Made by a program: the position numbers and the translations under genes
Shown here: positions 7,568 through 14,473 of the stretch, piece after piece
Position numbering within the stretch: position 1 is the first letter of the stretch
Layout of the letters: each line of letters begins with the position of its first letter
Source: a virus
Reading direction: 5' to 3' (one strand)
Virus genome (UHGV): UHGV-0054899
Length of the DNA stretch: 15,014 nt
Notes under the pieces: model-generated
What the model was told of the DNA's origin: nothing
The model's database searches: none
Seen by the model: the letters and a program-made list of their open reading frames with translations, nothing else

Positions 7568-7571
7568 AGCG

Positions 7572-7991
7572 TTACTTAATGGCATCAAATCCAGCGTTGA
7601 TGGCTTCCGCAATATTGGTGGCATTGGTTTTATCGAATTGTCCATTCTGAATAAGTGCCGCATGCAGACATTGTAACTTCATGTTGTATAAGTGTTCGCT
7701 CATGTAATCATCATCACTTTTTTCTTTAGCATAAACAGCGCGAGAAATATCAAACACATTGCCTTTTTCCATTTCAGAACGTTGTGCCGCTATCCAGTCA
7801 TAGCACGTAACGCTAGTGCCATGGTCTTCGCTAAGAGTTAACCCGGCCAGTTTCTCACCCTGAATTACTTCGTAATGCATTTCATTGCCAGCAAAAACGC
7901 CATAAAAAATGCAGTCATCAGCCTGAACGATACGGGAATATTTTAATGGCCATTCATTTAGATACTTAGCCAACATATCAACTGTTTTCAT
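7572..7991 (-). CDS. hypothetical acidic protein of unknown function (139 aa), accessory 'moron' gene
   Basis: Only credible minus-strand gene in the window. Strong Shine-Dalgarno AAGGTGAG ahead of the ATG, own downstream terminator, and visibly lower GC than the flanks. No motif I recognise. Confidence 0.75.
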   Translation of the reverse strand: MKTVDMLAKYLNEWPLKYSRIVQADDCIFYGVFAGNEMHYEVIQGEKLAGLTLSEDHGTSVTCYDWIAAQRSEMEKGNVFDISRAVYAKEKSDDDYMSEHLYNMKLQCLHAALIQNGQFDKTNATNIAEAINAGFDAIK

Positions 7992-8002
7992 AGTCTCACC
8001 TT

Positions 8003-8026
8003 AAAAAAATGCCCACCGAAGTGGGC
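8003..8026 (-). terminator. intrinsic terminator or attenuator hairpin directly upstream of the accessory gene's ribosome-binding site
   Basis: On the minus strand: GCCCAC-UUCG-GUGGGC, then A, then UUUUUUU, running straight into AAGGTGAGACT-ATG. Confidence 0.55.
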
Positions 8027-8654
8027 GAACTGGAAGCAAGGGAGCCTTCCATGGCTTACGGGTTTACAACACAACGTCATCACAATGGCGTTCTGGTGTA
8101 AAAGTGACGGTGGTCAGCATCAAGGGAAACTGCCACCGCCAAAGGCTACACAGCATCGTTCTTATGGGCGCTTCATCACGGTCCTAAGGCGTGATTGGGT
8201 TGTGGTGGCCGGTGCTGAACTCCGGCTTGGCTATGCGACTTGCTAGTTGACACCGGAGTTTCACCGGGGCGAAGGTTTCGCAAATCGTTTATTGGGTCAG
8301 TGCTGGCTTGCAACGCGCTTACTCAACCGACTACAGCCAACGATATCTACTACCCATCAGGTCTTACACTTGCGCATCAGCCTGCGCATTCACCACAACG
8401 GAAAGAGCACTGGCTAACCAGGCTTCACCGACTCCTCACGATTATCGGTTCAGTGCTCTTACCTGTTGCATCCTCGTCTCTTCCGAGGTGTCACACCGTA
8501 TCGCCACGATGGTGAATCGTCTGTCCGTGCTTACCTAACACTGGCTTGCACATTCCGGCTACCCGGCTGGGGAAGTAGCATCAAGGGAACCCATCCGGAC
8601 CGCTGCGGCACATGTGCCATATGCCGTACATCCACTGCGTCACATCAACACCAA
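8027..8654 (-). ncRNA. candidate structured noncoding RNA or long regulatory leader (identity unknown)
   Basis: About 630 bp with no minus-strand ORF of 60 aa or more; the + strand carries only three mutually overlapping ORFs in all three frames with non-protein-like composition. Ends at a minus-strand terminator. Contains GC-rich hairpins, a 12-bp palindrome GGCACATGTGCC (8607-8618) and dispersed short repeats. Strand and function are inferred only. Confidence 0.25.
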
Positions 8655-8669
8655 TTACCTAAAAGGTAA
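8655..8669. promoter_or_regulatory. inverted-repeat site TTACC-TAAAA-GGTAA (third copy of the motif) in an AT-rich putative promoter region
   Basis: Read directly, in the AT-rich stretch 8650-8750 upstream of the structural operon. A TTGACA hexamer sits on the minus strand at 8691-8686. Confidence 0.4.
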
Positions 8670-8759
8670 TATCTGATGTTATAAGTGTCAATAGCCTACG
8701 CTAAATAAATCATATGTGGTTAAATTGGTAATAATTTAATTGCGTACGGAGCTATTGCT

Positions 8760-8966
8760 ATGTGTATCGGCAGCAAGCCATCAGTGCCAGCAGCGCCAGA
8801 AGTACAGGCTGCGCCACAGGAGCAGGATGCAGCAGTCGTCAGTTCTCGTGACGACGAAGAGCGCCGCCGACGTGCAGCAGCAGGCCGCAGTTCCACTCTG
8901 CTGACTGGTGCGCAGGGTGACACATCAACCGCAAACACCAGCGGTAAAACGCTGCTTGGTCAGTAA
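8760..8966 (+). CDS. small protein beginning MCIGSKP…, possible virion protein (T7 gp6.7-like by recollection)
   Basis: ATG at 8760 with GGAG 8 nt upstream; 68 aa, Ala/Pro/charged-rich. Resemblance to T7 gp6.7 (N-terminal MC-x-S-P-K, small size, position ahead of the portal gene) is from memory and weak. Confidence 0.45.
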   Translation: MCIGSKPSVPAAPEVQAAPQEQDAAVVSSRDDEERRRRAAAGRSSTLLTGAQGDTSTANTSGKTLLGQ

Positions 8967-8980
8967 CGGAGTAGGCAGAG

Positions 8981-10651
8981 ATGGCGGAAACCGAAAAAGA
9001 GCGCCTGCTGAAGCAGCTAGCACAGCTGAAGAATGAGCGCACATCGTTCGAATCGCACTGGCGTGATCTGAGTGACTTCATCAATCCGCGCGGTTCCCGC
9101 TTTCTGACGTCTGATGTAAACCGTGATGATCGTCGTAACACTAAGATTGTTGATCCTACCGGCTCAATGGCTCAGCGCATTCTGTCCAGTGGCATGATGT
9201 CAGGCATCACCAGCCCGGCACGTCCGTGGTTCAAACTGGCAACGCCTGACCCTGACATGATGGACTATGGCCCGGTGAAAATCTGGCTGGAAGTCGTGCA
9301 GCGCCGTATGAACGAAGTGTTCAACAAGTCTAACCTGTATCAGTCACTTCCTGTTATGTACGCAAGCCTGGGTACTTTCGGCACCGGCGCTATGGCTGTT
9401 CTGGAAGATGACCAGGACGTGATCCGTACAATGCCTTTCCCTATTGGCAGTTACTATCTGGCAAACAGTCCGCGCGGTAGCGTTGACACCTGCATTCGTC
9501 AGTTCTCCATGACTGTGCGCCAGATGGTGCAGGAATTCGGGCTGGATAACGTCAGTACATCCGTAAAAGGCATGTTGGAAAACGGCACGTATGAAACGTG
9601 GGTGGAGGTTAACCACTGCATCACGCCTAACGTCAACCGCGACAGCGGGAAGATGGACAGCAAGAATAAGCCTTACCGCTCTGTCTATTTCGAAACTGGC
9701 GGTGACGCTGACAAGCTGCTGCGTGAATCCGGTTTCGATGAATTCCCAATCCTGGCTCCGCGCTGGGAAGTGAACGGTGAAGACGTTTACGCCTCATCTT
9801 GCCCTGGTATGTTGGCACTCGGTCAGGTTAAAGCCCTTCAGGTTGAGCAGAAGCGCAAAGCTCAGCTTATCGATAAAGCCACTAACCCGCCGATGGTTGC
9901 CCCGACATCGCTCAAGAATCAGCGTGTTTCCCTGTTGCCTGGCGATGTGACATATCTCGACGTGTTGACCGGTCAGGATGGTTTCAAACCTGCATACCTG
10001 GTTAACCCGAATACTGCCGACCTGCTGGCTGACATTCAGGATACCCGCCAGACCATCAACAGCGCCTACTTCGTTGACCTCTTCATGATGCTGCAAAACA
10101 TCAACACTCGCTCTATGCCGGTGGAAGCGGTGATCGAGATGAAGGAAGAGAAACTGCTGATGCTTGGCCCGGTGCTTGAGCGACTGAATGACGAAGCGCT
10201 TAACCCGCTTATCGATCGCGTGTTCTCAATCATGGCCCGCAAGAACATGTTGCCTGAACCGCCAGACGTTCTTCAGGGTATGCCGCTGCGTATCGAGTAC
10301 ATCTCTGTGATGGCTCAGGCGCAGAAATCTATCGGCCTCACCAGCCTGTCGCAGACAGTTAGCTTTATCGGGCAACTGGCACAGTTCAAACCTGAAGCGC
10401 TCGACAAGCTCGACGTTGATCAGGCTATCGACGCGTTCTCTGAAATGTCAGGCGTATCGCCAACCGTCATCGTTCCGCAAGAGCAGGTACAAGGTATTCG
10501 TGAAGATCGCGCGAAACAGGCTCAGGCAGCACAGGCAATGGCTATGGGTCAGGCGGCAGCGCAGGGAGCCAAGACTCTCAGCGAAACGCAGACCAGCGAC
10601 CCGAGCGCATTAACCGCTATCGCTAATGCAGCAGGAGCACCGCAGCAATGA
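8981..10651 (+). CDS. portal (head-to-tail connector) protein
   Basis: 556 aa, first large gene after terminase. C-terminal Q/A/M-rich tail (…AQAAQAMAMGQAAAQGA…) resembles T7 gp8-type connectors as I recall them. Confidence 0.75.
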   Translation: MAETEKERLLKQLAQLKNERTSFESHWRDLSDFINPRGSRFLTSDVNRDDRRNTKIVDPTGSMAQRILSSGMMSGITSPARPWFKLATPDPDMMDYGPVKIWLEVVQRRMNEVFNKSNLYQSLPVMYASLGTFGTGAMAVLEDDQDVIRTMPFPIGSYYLANSPRGSVDTCIRQFSMTVRQMVQEFGLDNVSTSVKGMLENGTYETWVEVNHCITPNVNRDSGKMDSKNKPYRSVYFETGGDADKLLRESGFDEFPILAPRWEVNGEDVYASSCPGMLALGQVKALQVEQKRKAQLIDKATNPPMVAPTSLKNQRVSLLPGDVTYLDVLTGQDGFKPAYLVNPNTADLLADIQDTRQTINSAYFVDLFMMLQNINTRSMPVEAVIEMKEEKLLMLGPVLERLNDEALNPLIDRVFSIMARKNMLPEPPDVLQGMPLRIEYISVMAQAQKSIGLTSLSQTVSFIGQLAQFKPEALDKLDVDQAIDAFSEMSGVSPTVIVPQEQVQGIREDRAKQAQAAQAMAMGQAAAQGAKTLSETQTSDPSALTAIANAAGAPQQ

Positions 10652-10947
10652 TGGATATCGACGACGAAGGCCGCAAAACAGAGCTTGACGCCAAACAGCA
10701 ACTTCTGGCTCAGCGCGATATCGACGACATCAAGTTCGTTATGGGTAGCGAGCAAGGCCGCCGTGTTGTCTGGTCAATTCTGGAGAGGGGAAAGGTGTTC
10801 TCACCATGCTTCGCCGGTGATTCGCACTTAACCGCATTCAACGAGGGGCAGCGCAACATGGCACTGGCATTGTTTCAGCGCGTCATGGCGCACTGTCCTG
10901 AACAGTATCTGAAAATGGCCGCTGAGTCTCAGGAGAAAGACAAATGA
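10648..10947 (+). CDS. hypothetical head-morphogenesis-region protein
   Basis: ATG overlapping the portal stop, AGGAG upstream; 99 aa. Confidence 0.55.
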   Translation: MMDIDDEGRKTELDAKQQLLAQRDIDDIKFVMGSEQGRRVVWSILERGKVFSPCFAGDSHLTAFNEGQRNMALALFQRVMAHCPEQYLKMAAESQEKDK

Positions 10948-11489
10948 TCCGTAAACGCATGATCAGACTGAGAAACGACGGTAATTCGACTATTGCAGAT
11001 TTCTATGCAGTGGATGAAGAGCCGCAGACATTTCAGATGGACATATTTAACTGGACCGGATCTCAGGTTGTGGCTGATGCCGCTTTCCAGAACTTCTTTT
11101 CACTTTCAGGGATCGTTAAAGCTGCTGACGGTAACGCGAATCTCAGCATCAATTCGGGAAATCTTATATTCCCTGCTCAGGAAGCGCCGAGCCAGGTTCT
11201 TTTCAGTACCCGTATTAACGGTACCGTTGGTGGTGCGTCAGGAACGGCAAGGGAATGGATGATTCAGACCAGGCGCCCAAATGGCGACATAGTCGGATCC
11301 GAGTCAAGCGTGAAGGTGAACGGAACCAGCATCAGTAACCGTGACGATGTACTTGCCAGTTTCACCATGAATGAACTTGATCCGTTCACCGTCAGCGGAA
11401 TTCAGGTCGGCCTTTCAAATGAATCAGGCCAGACCATCACGTTGACCTCTGTATCTGTCAGGGTTCAACGCGTCATCAGCATTGATTAA
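10944..11489 (+). CDS. hypothetical structural-module protein (beta-rich)
   Basis: ATG at 10944 with AGGAG 8 nt upstream, ATGA overlap with the upstream stop; 181 aa rich in G/S/T/N/V. Confidence 0.55.
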   Translation: MIRKRMIRLRNDGNSTIADFYAVDEEPQTFQMDIFNWTGSQVVADAAFQNFFSLSGIVKAADGNANLSINSGNLIFPAQEAPSQVLFSTRINGTVGGASGTAREWMIQTRRPNGDIVGSESSVKVNGTSISNRDDVLASFTMNELDPFTVSGIQVGLSNESGQTITLTSVSVRVQRVISID

Positions 11490-11503
11490 CAAGAAGGTAA
11501 CGT

Positions 11504-12214
11504 ATGAATTTATTTGATCGTTTGCTGCATCGCCGTCTTTGCAATGAGCAACCTGCTGATGGTGGCGCAGCTCCTGCTGCATCTGAACCCGCAGCATCAA
11601 CTGGTGATAATCCGGCACCCGCTGGCGATCCGGCTAAACCAGAAGGCGATAAGCCACAACCTGGCACTGAATCCGACAAACCTCAGGAAGAAAAACCTGC
11701 TGATGGTGATAAGCCAGAAGATAAAAAGCCTGGTGAAGACAAAGAGCAGAAGCAGGAAGGTGCGCCGGAGAAATACGAGTTCAAACCAGCTGAAGGTCAG
11801 GAACTTGATGCTGCCGCTCTGGAGCAGTTCGAGCCTATCGCCCGCGAACTGAACCTGACTAATGAGCAGGCGCAGAAGATGGTCGATCTGTACGGCACCA
11901 AGATTATGCCAATGGTCCAGCAGCAGCAGGCGGAAGCCTGGCAGAAAACCACCGAACAGTGGGCTGCTGACGTTAAGGCGGACAAGGAAATCGGCGGAGA
12001 CAATCTCACCGGTAACCTGAGCGCGGCACAGCGTGCTCTTGCTCAGTTCGGCACACCTGAACTGAAAGAATATCTGGAAGGCACCGGCCTGGGTAATCAC
12101 CCTGAGCTGGTTAAAGCCTTCATAAAAGTCGGTAAGGCCATGTCAGAAGACGGCATGGTAACCGGGAAAGAAAGCGGTCAGCGTAGTGCTGCCGAAGTGC
12201 TCTATGGCAAATAA
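11504..12214 (+). CDS. scaffolding protein (putative)
   Basis: ATG at 11504 with AAGAAGGT upstream. N-terminal Pro/Glu/Lys/Asp-rich low-complexity region followed by a helical C-terminal part, immediately ahead of the putative capsid gene. Confidence 0.55.
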   Translation: MNLFDRLLHRRLCNEQPADGGAAPAASEPAASTGDNPAPAGDPAKPEGDKPQPGTESDKPQEEKPADGDKPEDKKPGEDKEQKQEGAPEKYEFKPAEGQELDAAALEQFEPIARELNLTNEQAQKMVDLYGTKIMPMVQQQQAEAWQKTTEQWAADVKADKEIGGDNLTGNLSAAQRALAQFGTPELKEYLEGTGLGNHPELVKAFIKVGKAMSEDGMVTGKESGQRSAAEVLYGK

Positions 12215-12228
12215 GAGAGGAAATAACC

Positions 12229-13215
12229 ATGGCTGTTAAAGGCTTAACTGCGCTGACGCTGGCAGACTGGGGTAAGCGCGTAGATCCTAATGGGAAAATC
12301 GATAAAATTACCGAGCTTCTCAGTCAAACGAATCCGATTCTGGAAGACATGCTGATTGTTGAAGGAAACCTTCCAACTGGACACCGCACTACCATTCGCA
12401 CTGGCTTACCGGATGCCACTTGGCGACTGCTGAACTACGGCGTGCTAAACAGCAAGAGCACCACTGCACAGGTAACGGATTCCATTGGTATGCTGGAAAC
12501 TTATGCCGAGATTGATAAATCTCTGGCAGACCTGAACGGGAACACCTCTGAATTCCGTCTGTCTGAAGACCGGGCATTCCTTGAGGCAATGAACCAGAAG
12601 ATGGCTCAGACCCTGTTCTACGGTGATACCAGCGTTAACCCACAGCAGTTTATGGGACTGGCATCTCGTTATTCCAGCAAGTCAGCCGGTAATGGTCAGA
12701 ACATTATCGACGCTGGCGGCACTGGCACCGATAACACCTCTATCTGGCTGGTTGTGTGGGGTGAAAACACCGTTCACGGCATCTTCCCTAAAGGTCAAAA
12801 GGCAGGCCTGCATATGGAAGACAAAGGTCAGCAAACTCTGAAAGACTCCGCTGGTGGTCAGTATGAAGGCTATCGCACCCACTATAAGTGGGATAACGGC
12901 CTGACCCTTCGTGACTGGCGCTATGTTGTTCGCATCGCGAACATCGATGTAAGCGATCTGTCTGTTCCAGCCTCTGCTGCAAACATCGTCACCCAGATGG
13001 TTAAAGCGCTGCACCGAGTTCCTAACCTGAAAATGGGGCGTGCTGTTTTCTACATGAACCGCACCGTTGCTCAGGCTCTCGACCTGCAATCTCTGGATAA
13101 AGCCTCTCTGGCTCTGTCCGTCAAAGAGACAGAAGGCGAATGGTGGACCACTTTCCGTGGCATTCCGATCCGTGAAACCGATGCGATTCTGGAAACAGAA
13201 GCGCGCGTTGTTTAA
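12229..13215 (+). CDS. major capsid protein (putative)
   Basis: 328 aa with strong AGAGGAAATAACC-ATG initiation region, directly downstream of the scaffold-like gene. Assignment rests on position and size, not a recognised motif; it does not resemble T7 gp10 or lambda gpE as I recall them. Confidence 0.5.
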   Translation: MAVKGLTALTLADWGKRVDPNGKIDKITELLSQTNPILEDMLIVEGNLPTGHRTTIRTGLPDATWRLLNYGVLNSKSTTAQVTDSIGMLETYAEIDKSLADLNGNTSEFRLSEDRAFLEAMNQKMAQTLFYGDTSVNPQQFMGLASRYSSKSAGNGQNIIDAGGTGTDNTSIWLVVWGENTVHGIFPKGQKAGLHMEDKGQQTLKDSAGGQYEGYRTHYKWDNGLTLRDWRYVVRIANIDVSDLSVPASAANIVTQMVKALHRVPNLKMGRAVFYMNRTVAQALDLQSLDKASLALSVKETEGEWWTTFRGIPIRETDAILETEARVV

Positions 13216-13231
13216 CGCCTGTTATTAACTG

Positions 13232-13251
13232 ATGGGCCTTAACCGGCCCAT
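13232..13251 (+). other. stem-loop without U-tract (ATGGGCC-TTAACC-GGCCCAT) after the capsid gene
   Basis: 7-bp perfect stem read directly; followed by GAATGG rather than a T-run, so more likely an mRNA stability or processing element than a terminator. Confidence 0.3.
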
Positions 13252-13266
13252 GAATGGAGAAAGAAA

Positions 13267-13707
13267 ATGATCCTCGACAAACTGTTGATGTTCTCCGAAG
13301 CGCAGGCGGTTACGGCTTCCGCAGCTTCTACTGATGTAATCGATCTCGGCCCTATCGACGGTACCCGCCGTGATATCGGTGTTGGTTACCCGCTGGAGTT
13401 CTGGGCAAATGTGAATACCACTGCAACAGCAGGCGGTGCTGCAACCCTGAACGTTCAGTTGCAGACCAGCCCGGATAACTCCACCTGGACCACGCTGTAC
13501 GACAGCGGCACGTTGGCGCTAGCGGCATTGACTGCTGGAAAGCGCCTGTTTTCCGCGAAGGTACCGGCAGGTGTCCAGCGTTATCTGCGTGTTAACTATG
13601 TGGTCGGTACTGGTCCGCTGACGGCCGGCGCTTTCACCTCGGGAATTAACCTGGATGTTGATAACAACAGCCCGTACTACCCGATTCGTTCAAAAGTGAC
13701 TGGCTAA
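13267..13707 (+). CDS. hypothetical structural protein (possible decoration or accessory head protein)
   Basis: ATG at 13267 with GGAGA upstream; 146 aa, Ala/Thr/Gly-rich. Confidence 0.55.
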   Translation: MILDKLLMFSEAQAVTASAASTDVIDLGPIDGTRRDIGVGYPLEFWANVNTTATAGGAATLNVQLQTSPDNSTWTTLYDSGTLALAALTAGKRLFSAKVPAGVQRYLRVNYVVGTGPLTAGAFTSGINLDVDNNSPYYPIRSKVTG

Positions 13708-13717
13708 GGGGATAGCG

Positions 13718-14098
13718 ATGTCAGGTGAAAAAGCAAGATACCGCGTCCTGCGTTTATCTCACATTCATAACAACCTCTGGCCAGAAGGATCTGAAGTTGA
13801 GTATGACGGCGAACCAGGTACGGCGCTGGAGCCACTGAACGATGCGGCGAAATTGGCAAAAGAGATCGCCGAAAAGCGTAAAGGAAGATCGGCTTCTGTA
13901 GTTGTCAATGTTCCATCTCCCGCTGCGGTTCATCAAGTAGTGGAAGAAGTGAAATCTGATGGCACTGGAGCGGTAAGTGAAGACCTTACTCTGCTTCGAC
14001 AGCAGTATGAGGATTTACTAGGCAAGAAGCCGGGCAATAAAACGGCTGAAACTCTGGCAAAAGAGATCGCCGAAAAGCGTGCTGAACTGGGCGTCTAA
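13718..14098 (+). CDS. hypothetical protein with internal duplication (…LAKEIAEKR… twice)
   Basis: ATG at 13718; 126 aa. An exact 26-nt direct repeat TGGCAAAAGAGATCGCCGAAAAGCGT occurs at 13854-13879 and 14055-14080, in frame and 201 bp apart. Confidence 0.55.
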   Translation: MSGEKARYRVLRLSHIHNNLWPEGSEVEYDGEPGTALEPLNDAAKLAKEIAEKRKGRSASVVVNVPSPAAVHQVVEEVKSDGTGAVSEDLTLLRQQYEDLLGKKPGNKTAETLAKEIAEKRAELGV

Positions 14099-14114
14099 GC
14101 CTCGCTAATCAAAC

Positions 14115-14136
14115 AAGGGGCTTCGGCCCCTTTATT
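14115..14136 (+). terminator. Rho-independent terminator candidate inside the structural operon
   Basis: AAGGGGC-TTCG-GCCCCTT stem-loop followed by TATT. Confidence 0.45.
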
Positions 14137-14149
14137 GCAGGAGTCCGTT

Positions 14150-14473
14150 ATGGATCTGGTAAACCTCAAAACCGGCACCGACACCTATCAGGATGAGGAT
14201 GGCAAAACCCAGACTCGTGATGATTATCCGTGGGGCCTTTGCATCGAATTGAACAACGAGACGCTCGCCAAACTCAAGGCAACGCCTCAATCTGCTGGTA
14301 CTGAAGTAATGATCACCGCAAAGGCAACCATTCGCTCAACGTCTACCCGCGAAACGGAAGATGGAATGCAGCATAACGCCAGCCTGCAGATCACTGATAT
14401 GGCTCTCAGTCCAGTATCAGGAGAGCAACCGAAGTCAGCAGCGCAAACTCTCTACGGTGGGGAGGATGATTAA
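14150..14473 (+). CDS. hypothetical structural-module protein
   Basis: ATG at 14150 with AGGAG 6 nt upstream. The track's 14135 start is a TTG inside the terminator. Stop overlaps the next start (TAATG). Confidence 0.5.
   Translation: MDLVNLKTGTDTYQDEDGKTQTRDDYPWGLCIELNNETLAKLKATPQSAGTEVMITAKATIRSTSTRETEDGMQHNASLQITDMALSPVSGEQPKSAAQTLYGGEDD

Noticed and set aside
7555-7568. CRP-binding site interpretation of TGTGACATGTCACA
   Set aside because: Half-sites match TGTGA/TCACA but the spacer is 4 bp rather than the 6 bp of CRP sites; identity of any binding protein is unknown.
8003-8654. ToxIN-like type III toxin-antitoxin locus
   Set aside because: The RNA-terminator-ORF layout is similar, but the upstream region has no tandem direct repeats of about 36 nt and the 139-aa protein is smaller than known type III toxins; kept only as a loose analogy.
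8027-8654. tRNA, tmRNA, RNase P RNA or group II intron domain V in the spacer
   Set aside because: No GTTCGAATC-like T-loop on either strand and no resemblance to the E. coli ssrA, rnpB or domain V sequences as I recall them.
8240-8669. Three + strand ORFs (8240-8515, 8308-8538, 8466-8669) in the spacer
   Set aside because: They overlap each other in all three frames, have no ribosome-binding sites and non-protein-like composition; the region is better treated as non-coding.
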